The translations under genes were made by a program, and so were the position numbers. Under the pieces are notes generated by a model. It ran no database searches. It saw only the letters and a list, made by a program, of their open reading frames with translations, and was not told where the DNA came from. 64,000 nucleotides of DNA. Origin: Eledone cirrhosa (Eukaryota). Every line of letters starts with the position of its first letter. Position 1 is the stretch's first letter. Positions 34,901-49,900 of this stretch are shown here, in pieces. The stretch covers positions 418,314,001 to 418,378,000 of the forward strand of contig OZ024740.1 of the NCBI GenBank assembly GCA_964016885.1, given 5' to 3'.

Positions 34901-37900
34901 CTCTCTCAGTCACTTTAACAGTTTCATGCAACAAATAAGTCCATATAGCTGGGTATGGCTCTCTCAGTCACTTTAACAGTTTCATGCAACAAATAAGTCC
35001 ATATAGCTGGGTATGGCTCTCTCAGTCACTTTAACAGTTTCATGCAACAAATAAGTCCATATAGCTGGGTATGGCTCTCTCCGATACTTTAACAGTTTCA
35101 TGCAACAAATAAGTCCATATGGCTGGGTATGGCTCTCTCCGATACTTTAACAGTTTCATGCAACAAATAAGTCCATATAGCTGGGTATGGCTCTCTCCGA
35201 TACTTTAACAGTTTCATGCAACAAATAAGTCCATATGGCTGGGTATGGCTCTCTCAGTCACTTTAACAGTTTCATGCAACAAATAAGTCCATATGGCTGG
35301 GTATGGCTCTCTCAGTCACTTTAACAGTTTCATGCAACAAATAAGTCCATATAGCTGGGTATGGCTCTCTCAGTCACTTTAACAGTTTCATGCAACAAAT
35401 AAGTCCATATGGCTGGGTATGGCTCTCTCAGTCACTTTAACAGTTTCATGCAACAAATAAGTCCATATGACTGGGTATGGCTCTCTCAGTCACTTTAACA
35501 GTTTCATGCAACAAATAAGTCCATATAGCTGGGTATGGCTCTCTCCGATACTTTAACAGTTTCATGCAACAAATAAGTCCATATAGCTGGGTATGGCTCT
35601 CTCAGTCACTTTAACAGTTTCATGCAACAAATAAGTCCATAGAGCTGGGTATGGCTCTCTCAGTCACTTTAACAGTTTCATGCAACAAATAAGTCCATAT
35701 GGCTGGGTATGGCTCTCTCCGATACTTTAACAGTTTCATGCAACAAATAAGTCCATATGGCTGGGTATGGCTCTCTCAGTCACTTTAACAGTTTCATGCA
35801 ACAAATAAGTCCATATAGCTGGGTATGGCTCTCTCAGTCACTTTAACAGTTTCATGCAACAAATAAGTCCTTATAGCTGGGTATGGCTCTCTCAGTCACT
35901 TTAACAGTTTCATGCAACAAATAAGTCCATATAGCTGGGTATGGCTCTCTCCGATACTTTAACAGTTTCATGCAACAAATAAGTCCATATGGCTGGGTAT
36001 GGCTCTCTCCGATACTTTAACAGTTTCATGCAACAAATAAGTCCATATGGCTGGGTATGGCTCTCTCCGATACTTTAACAGTTTCATGCAACAAATAAGT
36101 CCATATGGCTGGGTATGGCTCTCTCAGTCACTTTAACAGTTTCATGCAACAAATAAGTCCATATGGCTGGGTATGGCTCTCTCAGTCACTTTAACAGTTT
36201 CATGCAACAAATAAGTCCATATAGCTGGGTATGGCTCTCTCAGTCACTTTAACAGTTTCATGCAACAAATAAGTCCATATGGCTGGGTATGGCTCTCTCA
36301 GTCACTTTAACAGTTTCATGCAACAAATAAGTCCATATGGCTGGGTATGGCTCTCTCAGTCACTTTAACAGTTTCATGCAACAAATAAGTCCATATGGCT
36401 GGGTATGGCTCTCTCAGTCACTTTAACAGTTTCATGCAACAAATAAGTCCATATGGCTGGGTATGGCTCTCTCAGTCACTTTAACAGTTTCATGCAACAA
36501 ATAAGTCCATATAGCTGGGTATGGCTCTCTCAGTCACTTTAACAGTTTCATGCAACAAATAAGTCCATATGGCTGGGTATGGCTCTCTCAGTCACTTTAA
36601 CAGTTTCATGCAACAAATAAGTCCATATAGCTGGGTATGGCTCTCTCAGTCACTTTAACAGTTTCATGCAACAAATAAGTCCATATGACTGGGTATGGCT
36701 CTCTCAGTCACTTTAACAGTTTCATGCAACAAATAAGTCCATATGGCTGGGTATGGCTCTCTCAGTCACTTTAACAGTTTCATGCAACAAATAAGTCCAT
36801 ATGGCTGGGTATGGCTCTCTCAGTCACTTTAACAGTTTCATGCAACAAATAAGTCCATATAGCTGGGTATGGCTCTCTCCGATACTTTAACAGTTTCATG
36901 CAACAAATGAGTCCATATGGCTGGGTATGGCTCTCTCAGTCACTTTAACAGTTTCATGCAACAAATAAGTCCATATGGCTGGGTATGGCTCTCTCAGTCA
37001 CTTTAACAGTTTCATGCAACAAATAAGTCCATATGGCTGGGTATGGCTCTCTCAGTCACTTTAACAGTTTCATGCAACAAATAAGTCCATATGGCTGGGT
37101 ATGGCTCTCTCAGTCACTTTAACAGTTTCATGCAACAAATAAGTCCATATAGCTGGGTATGGCTCTCTCCGATACTTTAACAGTTTCATGCAACAAATGA
37201 GTCCATATGGCTGGGTATGGCTCTCTCAGTCACTTTAACAGTTTCATGCAACAAATAAGTCCATATGGCTGGGTATGGCTCTCTCAGTCACTTTAACATT
37301 TTCATGCAACAAATAAGTCCATATGGCTGGGTATGGCTCTCTCAGTCACTTTAACATTTTCATGCAACAAATAAGTCCATATGGCTGGGTATGGCTCTCT
37401 CCGTCACTTTAACATTTTCATGCAACAAATAAGTCCATATGGCTGGGTATGGCTCTCTCCGATACTTTAACAGTTTCATGCAACAAATAAGTCCATATGG
37501 CTGGGTATGGCTCTCTCAGTCACTTTAACAGTTTCATGCAACAAATAACTCCATATGGCTGGGTATGGCTCTCTCAGTCAATTTAACAGTTTCATGCAAC
37601 AAATAAGTCCGTATAGCTGGGTATGGCTCTCTCAGTCACTTTAACAGTTTCATGCAACAAATAAGTCCATATGGCTGGGTATGGCTCTCTCAGTCACTTT
37701 AACAGTTTCATGCAACAAATAAGTCCATATGGCTGGGTATGGCTCTCTCAGTCACTTTAACAGTTTCATGCAACAAATAAGTCCATATAGCTGGGTATGG
37801 CTCTCTCAGTCACTTTAACAGTTTCATGCAACAAATAAGTCCATATGGCTGGGTATGGCTCTCTCAGTCACTTTAACAGTTTCATGTAACAAATAAGTCC

Positions 37901-40900
37901 ATATGGCTGGGTATGGCTCTCTCAGTCACTTTAACAGTTTCATGCAACAAATAAGTCCATATGACTGGGTATGGCTCTCTCAGTCACTTTAACAGTTTCA
38001 TGCAACAAATAAGTCCATATGGCTGGGTATGGCTCTCTCAGTCACTTTAACAGTTTCATGTAACAAATAAGTCCATATGGCTGGGTATGGCTCTCTCAGT
38101 CACTTTAACAGTTTCATGCAACAAATAAGTCCATATAGCTGGGTATGGCTCTCTCAGTCACTTTAACAGTTTCATGCAACAAATAAGTCCATATGGCTGG
38201 GTATGGCTCTCTCAGTCACTTTAACAGTTTCATGTAACAAATAAGTCCATATGGCTGGGTATGGCTCTCTCAGTCACTTTAACAGTTTCATGCAACAAAT
38301 AAGTCCATATGACTGGGTATGGCTCTCTCAGTCACTTTAACAGTTTCATGCAACAAATAAGTCCATATGGCTGGGTATGGCTCTCTCAGTCACTTTAACA
38401 GTTTCATGCAACAAATAAGTTCATATGGCTGGGTATGGCTCTCTCAGTCACTTTAACAGTTTCATGCAACAAATAAGTCCATATGGCTGGGTATGGCTCT
38501 CTCAGTCACTTTAACAGTTTCATGCAACAAATAAGTCCATATAGCTGGGTATGGCTCTCTCAGTCACTTTAACAGTTTCATGCAACAAATAAGTCCATAT
38601 GACTGGGTATAGCTCTCTCAGTCACTTTAACAGTTTCATGCAACAAATAAGTCCATATAGCTGGGTATGGCTCTCTCAGTCACTTTAACAGTTTCATGCA
38701 ACAAATAAGTCCATATGACTGGGTATAGCTCTCTCAGTCACTTTAACAGTTTCATGCAACAAATAAGTCCATATAGCTGGGTATGGCTCTCTCAGTCACT
38801 TTAACAGTTTCATGCAACAAATAAGTCCATATTACTGGGTATGGCTCTCACAGTCACTTTAACAGTTTCATGCAACAAATAAGTCCATATAGCTGGGTAT
38901 GGCTCTCTCAGTCACTTTAACAGTTTCATGCAACAAATAAGTCCATATGGCTGGGTATGGCTCTCTCCGATACTTTAACAGTTTCATGCAACGAATAAGT
39001 CCATATGGCTGGGTATGGCTCTCTCAGTCACTTTAACAGTTTCATGCAACAAATAAGTCCATATAGCTGGGTATGGCTCTCTCAGTCACTTTAACAGTTT
39101 CATGCAACAAATAAGTCCATTTGGCTGGTTATGGCTCTCTCCGATACTTTAACAGTTTCATGCAACAAATGAGTCCATATAGCTGGGTATGGCTCTCTCA
39201 GTCACTTTAACAGTTTCATGCAACAAATAAGTCCATAAGGCTGGGTATGGCTCTCTCCGATACTTTAACAGTTTCATGCAACAAATAAGTCCATATGGCT
39301 GGGTATGGCTCTCTCCGATACTTTAACAGTTTCTTGCAACAAATAAGTCCATATGGCTGGGTATGGCTCTCTCCGATACTTTAACAGTTTCATGCAACAA
39401 ATAAGTCCATATAGCTGGGTATGGCTCTCTCCGATACTTTAACAGTTTCATGCAACAAATAAGTCCATATAGCTGGATATGGCTCTCTCCGATACTTTAA
39501 CAGTTTCATGCAACAAATAAGTCCATATAGCTGGGTATGGCTCTCTCCGATACTTTAACAGTTTCATGCAACAAATAAGTCCATATGGCTGGGTATGGCT
39601 CTCTCCGATACTTTAACAGTTTCATGCAACAAATAAGTCCATATGGCTGGGTATGGCTCTCTCCGATACTTTAACAGTTTCATGCAACAAATAAGTCCAT
39701 ATAGCTTGGTGTGGCTCTCTCAGTCACTTTAACAGTTTCATGCAACAAATAAGTCCATATAGCTGGGTATGGCTCTCTCAGTCACTTTAACAGTTTCATG
39801 CAACAAATAAGTCCATATGGCTGGGTATGGCTCTCTCCGATACTTTAACAGTTTCATGCAACAAATAAGTCCATATAGCTGGGTATGGCTCTCTCAGTCA
39901 CTTTAACAGTTTCATGCAACAAATAAGTCCATATGGCTGGGTATGGCTCTCTCAGTCACTTTAACAGTTTCATGCAACAAATAAGTCCATATGGCTGGGT
40001 ATGGCTCTCTCCGATACTTTAACAGTTTCATGCAACAAATAAGTCCATATGGCTGGGTATGGCTCTCTCCGATACTTTAACAGTTTCATGCAACAAATAA
40101 GTCCATATAGCTGGGTATGGCTCTCTCCGATACTTTAACAGTTTCATGCAACAAATAAGTCCATATGGCTGGGTATGGCTCTCTCCGATACTTTAACAGT
40201 TTCATGCAACAAATAAGTCGATATGGCTGGGTATGGCTCTCTCCGATACTTTAACAGTTTCATGCAACAAATAAGTCCATATAGCTTGGTGTGGCTCTCT
40301 CAGTCACTTTAACAGTTTCATGCAACAAATAAGTCCATATAGCTGGGTATGGCTCTCTCAGTCACTTTAACAGTTTCATGCAACAAATAAGTCCATATGG
40401 CTGTGTATGGCTCTCTCCGATACTTTAACAGTTTCATGCAACAAATAAGTCCATATAGCTGGGTATGGCTCTCTCCGATACTTTAACAGTTTCATGCAAC
40501 AAATAAGTCCATATAGCTGGGTATGGCTCTCTCCGATACTTTAACAGTTTCATGCAACAAATAAGTCCATATAGCTGGGTATGGCTCTCTCCGATACTTT
40601 AACAGTTTCATGCAACAAATAAGTCCATATAGCTGGGTATGGCTCTCTCAGTCACTTTAACAGTTTCATGCAACAAATAAGTCCATATGGCTGGGTATGG
40701 CTCTCTCCGATACTTTAACAGTTTCATGCAACAAATAAGTCCATATAGCTGGGTATGGCTCTCTCCGATACTTTAACAGTTTCATGCAACAAATAAGTCC
40801 ATATGGCTGGGTATGGCTCTCTCCGATACTTTAACAGTTTCATGCAACAAATAAGTCCATATGGCTGGGTATGGCTCTCTCCGATACTTTAACAGTTTCA

Positions 40901-43900
40901 TGCAACAAATAAGTCCATATGGCTGGGTATGGCTCTCTCCGATACTTTAACAGTTTCATGCAACAAATAAGTCCATATAGCTGGGTATGGCTCTCTCCGA
41001 TACTTTAACAGTTTCATGCAACAAATAAGTCCATATAGCTGGGTATGGCTCTCTCCGATACTTTAACAGTTTCATGCAACAAATAAGTCCATATAGCTGG
41101 GTATGGCTCTCTCCGATACTTTAACAGTTTCATGCAACAAATAAGTCCATATAGCTGGGTATGGCTCTCTCAGTCACTTTAACAGTTTCATGCAACAAAT
41201 AAGTCCATATGGCTGGGTATGGCTCTCTCCGATACTTTAACAGTTTCATGCAACAAATAAGTCCATATAGCTGGGTATGGCTCTCTCCGATACTTTAACA
41301 GTTTCATGCAACAAATAAGTCCATATGGCTGGGTATGGCTCTCTCCGATACTTTAACAGTTTCATGCAACAAATAAGTCCATATGGCTGGGTATGGCTCT
41401 CTCCGATACTTTAACAGTTTCATGCAACAAATAAGTCCATATAGCTGGGTATGGCTCTCTCAGTCACTTTAACAGTTTCATGCAACAAATAAGTTCATAT
41501 AGCTGGGTATGGCTCTCTCAGTCACTTTAACAGTTTCATGCAACAAATAAGTCCATATAGCTGGGTATGGCTCTCTCAGTCACTTTAACAGTTTCATGCA
41601 ACAAATAAGTCCATATGACTGGGTATAGCTCTCTCAGTCACTTTAACAGTTTCATGCAATAAATAAGTCCATATAGCTGGGTATGGCTCTCTCAGTCACT
41701 TTAACAGTTTCATGCAACAAATAAGTCCATATGACTGGGTATGGCTCTCTCAGTCACTTTAACAGTTTCATGCAACAAATAAGTCCATATAGCTGGGTAT
41801 GGCTCTCTCAGTCACTTTAACAGTTTCATGCAACAAATAAGTCCATATGGCTGGGTATGGCTCTCTCCGATACTTTAACAGTTTCATGCAACGAATAAGT
41901 CCATATGGCTGGGTATGGCTCTCTCAGTCACTTTAACAGTTTCATGCAACAAATAAGTCCATATAGCTGGGTATGGCTCTCTCAGTCACTTTAACAGTTT
42001 CATGCAACAAATAAGTCCATATGGCTGGGTATGGCTCTCTCCGATACTTTAACAGTTTCATGCAACAAATGAGTCCATATAGCTGGGTATGGCTCTCTCA
42101 GTCACTTTAACAGTTTCATGCAACAAATAAGTCCATAAGGCTGGGTATGGCTCTCTCCGATACTTTAACAGTTTCATGCAACAAATAAGTCCATATGGCT
42201 GGGTATGGCTCTCTCCGATACTTTAACAGTTTCATGCAACAAATAAGTCCATATAGCTGGGTATGGCTCTCTCCGATACTTTAACAGTTTCATGCAACAA
42301 ATAAGTCCATATAGCTGGGTATGGCTCTCTCCGATGCTTTAACAGTTTCATGCAACAAATAAGTCCATATGGCTGGGTATGGCTCTCTCCGATACTTTAA
42401 CAGTTTCATGCAACAAATAAGTCCATATAGCTTGGTGTGGCTCTCTCAGTCACTTTAACAGTTTCATGCAACAAATAAGTCCATATAGCTGGGTATGGCT
42501 CTCTCAGTCACTTTAACAGTTTCATGCAACAAATAAGTCCATATGGCTGGGTATGGCTCTCTCCGATACTTTAACAGTTTCATGCAACAAATAAGTCCAT
42601 ATAGCTGGGTATGGCTCTCTCAGTCACTTTAACAGTTTCATGCAACAAATAAGTCCATATGGCTGGGTATGGCTCTCTCCGATACTTTAACAGTTTCATG
42701 CAACAAATAAGTCCATATAGCTGGGTATGGCTCTCTCCGATACTTTAACAGTTTCATGCAACAAATAAGTCCATATGGCTGGGTATGGCTCTCTCCGATA
42801 CTTTAACAGTTTCATGCAACAAATAAGTCGATATGGCTGGGTATGGCTCTCTCCGATACTTTAACAGTTTCATGCAACAAATAAGTCCATATAGCTTGGT
42901 GTGGCTCTCTCAGTCACTTTAACAGTTTCATGCAACAAATAAGTCCATATAGCTGGGTATGGCTCTCTCAGTCACTTTAACAGTTTCATGCAACAAATAA
43001 GTCCATATGGCTGGGTATGGCTCTCTCCGATACTTTAACAGTTTCATGCAACAAATAAGTCCATATAGCTGGGTATGGCTCTCTCCGATACTTTAACAGT
43101 TTCATGCAACAAATAAGTCCATATGGCTGGGTATGGCTCTCTCCGATACTTTAACAGTTTCATGCAACAAATAAGTCCATATGCCTGGGTATGGCTCTCT
43201 CCGATACTTTAACAGTTTCATGCAACAAATAAGTCCATATAGCTGGGTATGGCTCTCTCCGATACTTTAACAGTTTCATGCAACAAATAAGTCCATATAG
43301 CTGGGTATGGCTCTCTCCGATACTTTAACAGTTTCATGAAACAAATAAGTCCATATGGCTGGGTATGGCTCTCTCAGTCACTTTAACAGTTTCATGCAAC
43401 AAATAAGTCCATATGGCTGGGTATGGCTCTCTCAGTCACTTTAACAGTTTCATGCAACAAATAAGTCCATATAGCTGGGTATGGCTCTCTCCGATACTTT
43501 AACAGTTTCATGCAACAAATCAGTCCATATGGCTGGGTATGGCTCTCTCAGTCACTTTAACAGTTTCATGCAACAAATACGTCCATATGACTGGGTATGG
43601 CTCTCTCCGTCACTTTAACAGTTTCATGCAACAAATAAGTCCATATGGCTGGGTATGGCTCTCTCCGTCACTTTAACAGTTTCATGCAACAAATAAGTCC
43701 ATATGACTGGGTATGGCTCTCTCCGTCACTTTAACAGTTTCATGCAACAAATAAGTCCATATAGCTGGGTATGGCTCTCTCCGTCACTTTAACAGTTTCA
43801 TGCAACAAATAAGTCCATATGACTGGGTATGGCTGTCTCCGTCACTTTAACAGTTTCATGCAACAAATAAGTCCATATGGCTGGGTATGGCTCTCTCAGT

Positions 43901-46900
43901 CACTTTAACAGTTTCATGCAACAAATAAGTCCATATGACTGGGTATGGCTCTCTCAGTCACTTTAACAGTTTCATGCAACAAATAAGTCCATATAGCTGG
44001 GTATGGCTCTCTCAGTCACTTTAACAGTTTCATGCAACAAATAAGTCCATATGGCTGGGTATGGCTCTCTCCGATACTTTAACAGTTTCATGCAACAAAT
44101 AAGTCCATATAGCTGGGTATGGCTCTCTCCGATACTTTAACAGTTTCATGCAACAAATAAGTCCATATGGCTGGGTATGGCTCTCTCCGATACTTTAACA
44201 GTTTCATGCAACAAATAAGTCCATATGGCTGGGTATGGCTCTCTCCGATACTTTAACAGTTTCATGCAACAAATAAGTCCATATGGCTGGGTATGGCTCT
44301 CTCAGTCACTTTAACAGTTTCATGCAACAAATAAGTCCATATAGCTGGGTATGGCTCTCTCAGTCACTTTAACAGTTTCATGCAACAAATAAGTCCATAT
44401 AGCTGGGTATGGCTCTCTCAGTCACTTTAACAGTTTCATGCAACAAATAAGTTCATATAGCTGGGTATGGCTCTCTCAGTCACTTTAACAGTTTCATGCA
44501 ACAAATAAGTCCATATAGCTGGGTATGGCTCTCTCAGTCACTTTAACAGTTTCATGCAACAAATAAGTCCATATGACTGGGTATAGCTCTCTCAGTCACT
44601 TTAACAGTTTCATGCAATAAATAAGTCCATATAGCTGGGTATGGCTCTCTCAGTCACTTTAACAGTTTCATGCAACAAATAAGTCCATATGACTGGGTAT
44701 GGCTCTCTCAGTCACTTTAACAGTTTCATGCAACAAATAAGTCCATATAGCTGGGTATGGCTCTCTCAGTCACTTTAACAGTTTCATGCAACAAATAAGT
44801 CCATATGGCTGGGTATGGCTCTCTCCGATACTTTAACAGTTTCATGCAACGAATAAGTCCATATGGCTGGGTATGGCTCTCTCAGTCACTTTAACAGTTT
44901 CATGCAACAAATAAGTCCATATAGCTGGGTATGGCTCTCTCAGTCACTTTAACAGTTTCATGCAACAAATAAGTCCATATGGCTGGGTATGGCTCTCTCC
45001 GATACTTTAACAGTTTCATGCAACAAATGAGTCCATATAGCTGGGTATGGCTCTCTCAGTCACTTTAACAGTTTCATGCAACAAATAAGTCCATAAGGCT
45101 GGGTATGGCTCTCTCCGATACTTTAACAGTTTCATGCAACAAATAAGTCCATATGGCTGGGTATGGCTCTCTCCGATACTTTAACAGTTTCATGCAACAA
45201 ATAAGTCCATATGGCTGGGTATGGCTCTCTCCGATACTTTAACAGTTTCATGCAACAAATAAGTCCATATAGCTGGGTACGGCTCTCTCCGATGCTTTAA
45301 CAGTTTCATGCAACAAATAAGTCCATATAGCTGGGTATGGCTCTCTCCGATACTTTAACAGTTTCATGCAACAAATAAGTCCATATAGCTGGGTATGGCT
45401 CTCTCCGATACTTTAACAGTTTCATGCAACAAATAAGTCCATATGGCTGGGTATGGCTCTCTCCGATACTTTAACAGTTTCATGCAACAAATAAGTCCAT
45501 ATGGCTGGGTATGGCTCTCTCCGATACTTTAACAGTTTCATGCAACAAATAAGTCCATATAGCTTGGTGTGGCTCTCTCAGTCACTTTAACAGTTTCATG
45601 CAACAAATAAGTCCATATAGCTGGGTATGGCTCTCTCAGTCACTTTAACAGTTTCATGCAACAAATAAGTCCATATGGCTGGGTATGGCTCTCTCCGATA
45701 CTTTAACAGTTTCATGCAACAAATAAGTCCATATAGCTGGGTATGGCTCTCTCAGTCACTTTAACAGTTTCATGCAACAAATAAGTCCATATGGCTGGGT
45801 ATGGCTCTCTCCGATACTTTAACAGTTTCATGCAACAAATAAGTCCATATAGCTGGGTATGGCTCTCTCCGATACTTTAACAGTTTCATGCAACAAATAA
45901 GTCCATATGGCTGGGTATGGCTCTCTCCGATACTTTAACAGTTTCATGCAACAAATAAGTCGATATGGCTGGGTATGGCTCTCTCCGATACTTTAACAGT
46001 TTCATGCAACAAATAAGTCCATATAGCTTGGTGTGGCTCTCTCAGTCACTTTAACAGTTTCATGCAACAAATAAGTCCATATAGCTGGGTATGGCTCTCT
46101 CAGTCACTTTAACAGTTTCATGCAACAAATAAGTCCATATGGCTGGGTATGGCTCTCTCCGATACTTTAACAGTTTCATGCAACAAATAAGTCCATATAG
46201 CTGGGTATGGCTCTCTCAGTCACTTTAACAGTTTCATGCAACAAATAAGTCCATATAGCTGGGTATGGCTCTCTCAGTCACTTTAACAGTTTCATGCAAC
46301 AAATAAGTCCATATGGCTGGGTATGGCTCTCTCCGATACTTTAACAGTTTCATGCAACAAATAAGTCCATATAGCTGGGTATGGCTCTCTCAGTCACTTT
46401 AACAGTTTCATGCAACAAATAAGTCCATATGGCTGTGTATGGCTCTCTCCGATACTTTAACAGTTTCATGCATCAAATAAGTCCATATAGCTGGGTATGG
46501 CTCTCTCCGATACTTTAACAGTTTCATGCAACAAATAAGTCCATATAGCTGGGTATGGCTCTCTCCGATACTTTAACAGTTTCATGCAACAAATAAGTCC
46601 ATATGGCTGGGTATGGCTCTCTCCGATACTTTAACAGTTTCATGCAACAAATAAGTCCATATGCCTGGGTATGGCTCTCTCCGATACTTTAACAGTTTCA
46701 TGCAACAAATAAGTCCATATAGCTGGGTATGGCTCTCTCCGATACTTTAACAGTTTCATGCAACAAATAAGTCCATATAGCTGGGTATGGCTCTCTCCGA
46801 TACTTTAACAGTTTCATGAAACAAATAAGTCCATATGGCTGGGTATGGCTCTCTCAGTCACTTTAACAGTTTCATGCAACAAATAAGTCCATATGGCTGG

Positions 46901-49900
46901 GTATGGCTCTCTCAGTCACTTTAACAGTTTCATGCAACAAATAAGTCCATATAGCTGGGTATGGCTCTCTCCGATACTTTAACAGTTTCATGCAACAAAT
47001 CAGTCCATATGGCTGGGTATGGCTCTCTCAGTCACTTTAACAGTTTCATGCAACAAATACGTCCATATGACTGGGTATGGCTCTCTCCGTCACTTTAACA
47101 GTTTCATGCAACAAATAAGTCCATATGGCTGGGTATGGCTCTCTCCGTCACTTTAACAGTTTCATGCAACAAATAAGTCCATATGACTGGGTATGGCTCT
47201 CTCCGTCACTTTAACAGTTTCATGCAACAAATAAGTCCATATAGCTGGGTATGGCTCTCTCCGTCACTTTAACAGTTTCATGCAACAAATAAGTCCATAT
47301 GACTGGGTATGGCTGTCTCCGTCACTTTAACAGTTTCATGCAACAAATAAGTCCATATGGCTGGGTATGGCTCTCTCAGTCACTTTAACAGTTTCATGCA
47401 ACAAATAAGTCCATATGACTGGGTATGGCTCTCTCAGTCACTTTAACAGTTTCATGCAACAAATAAGTCCATATAGCTGGGTATGGCTCTCTCCGATACT
47501 TTAACAGTTTCATGCAACAAATAAGTCCATATGGCTGGGTATGGCTCTCTCAGTCACTTTAACAGTTTCATGCAACAAATAAGTCCATATAGCTGGGTAT
47601 GGCTCTCTCCGATACTTTAACAGTTTCATGCAACAAATAAGTCCATATGGCTGGGTATGGCTCTCTCAGTCACTTTAACAGTTTCATGCAACAAATAAGT
47701 CCATATAGCTGGGTATGGCTCTCTCAGTCACTTTAACAGTTTCATGCAACAAATAAGTCCATATAGCTGGGTATGGCTCTCTCAGTCACTTTAACAGTTT
47801 CATGCAACAAATAAGTCCATATGGCTGGGTATGGCTCTCTCCGATACTTTAACAGTTTCATGCAACAAATAAGTCCATATGGCTGGGTATGGCTCTCTCC
47901 GATACTTTAACAGTTTCATGCAACAAATAAGTCCATATGGCTGGGTATGGCTCTCTCAGTCACTTTAACAGTTTCATGCAACAAATAAGTCCATATAGCT
48001 GGGTATGGCTCTCTCAGTCACTTTAACAGTTTCATGCAACAAATAAGTCCATATAGCTGGGTATGGCTCTCTCAGTCACTTTAACAGTTTCATGCAACAA
48101 ATAAGTCCATATGGCTGGGTATGGCTCTCTCCGATACTTTAACAGTTTCATGCAACAAATAAGTCCATATGGCTGGGTATGGCTCTCTCAGTCACTTTAA
48201 CAGTTTCATGCAACAAATAAGTCCATATAGCTGGGTATGGCTCTCTCAGTCACTTTAACAGTTTCATGCAACAAATAAGTCCATATAGCTGGGTATGGCT
48301 CTCTCAGTCACTTTAACAGTTTCATGCAACAAATAAGTCCATATGGCTGGGTATGGCTCTCTCCGATACTTTAACAGTTTCATGCAACAAATAAGTCCAT
48401 ATGGCTGGGTATGGCTCTCTCCGATACTTTAACAGTTTCATGCAACAAATAAGTCCATATAGCTGGGTATGGCTCTCTCCGATACTTTAACAGTTTCATG
48501 CAACAAATAAGTCCATATAGCTGGTATGGCTCTCTCCGATACTTTAACAGTTTCATGCAACAAATAAGTCCATATGGCTGGGTATGGCTCTCTCCGATAC
48601 TTTAACAGTTTCATGCAACAAATAAGTCCATATGGCTGGGTATGGCTCTCTCAGTCACTTTAACAGTTTCATGCAACAAATAAGTCCATATAGCTGGGTA
48701 TGGCTCTCTCCGATACTTTAACAGTTTCATGCAACAAATAAGTCCATATAGCTGGGTATGGCTCTCTCCGATACTTTAACAGTTTCATGCAACAAATAAG
48801 TCCATATGGCTGGGTATGGCTCTCTCAGTCACTTTAACAGTTTCATGCAACAAATAAGTCCATATGGCTGGGTATGGCTCTCTCAGTCACTTTAACAGTT
48901 TCATGCAACAAAAAGTCCATATGGCTGGGTATGGCTCTCTCAGTCACTTTAACAGTTTCATGCAACAAATAAGTCCATATGGCTGGGTATGGCTCTCTCA
49001 GTCACTTTAACAGTTTCATGCAACAAATAAGTCCATATGGCTGGGTATGGCTCTCTCAGTTACTTTAACAGTTTCATGCAACAAATAAGTCCATATAGCT
49101 GGGTATGGCTCTCTCCGATACTTTAACAGTTTCATGCAACAAATAAGTCCATATAGCTGGGTATGGCTCTCTCAGTCACTTTAACAGTTTCATGCAACAA
49201 ATAAGTCCATATAGCTGGGTATGGCTCTCTCCGATACTTTAACAGTTTCATGCAACAAATAAGTCCATGTGGCTGGGTATGGCTCTCTCAGTCACTTTAA
49301 CAGTTTCATGCAACAAATAAGTCCATATAGCTGGGTATGGCTCTCTCCGATACTTTAACAGTTTCATGCAACAAATAAGTCCATATGGCTGGGTATGGCT
49401 CTCTCAGTCACTTTAACAGTTTCATGCAACAAATAAGTCCATATAGCTGGGTATGGCTCTCTCCGATACTTTAACAGTTTCATGCAACAAATCAGTCCAT
49501 ATGGCTGGGTATGGCTCTCTCAGTCACTTTAACAGTTTCATGCAACAAATAAGTCCATATGACTGGGTATGGCTCTCTCCGTCACTTTAACAGTTTCATG
49601 CAACAAATAAGTCCATATGGCTGGGTATGGCTCTCTCCGTCACTTTAACAGTTTCATGCAACAAATAAGTCCATATGACTGGGTATGGCTCTCTCCGTCA
49701 CTTTAACAGTTTCATGCAACAAATAAGTCCATATAGCTGGGTATGGCTCTCTCCGTCACTTTAACAGTTTCATGCAACAAATCAGTCCATATGGCTGGGT
49801 ATGGCTCTCTCCGTCACTTTAACAGTTTCATGCAACAAATAAGTCCATATAGCTGGGTATGGCTCTCTCCGTCACTTTAACAGTTTCATGCAACAAATAA

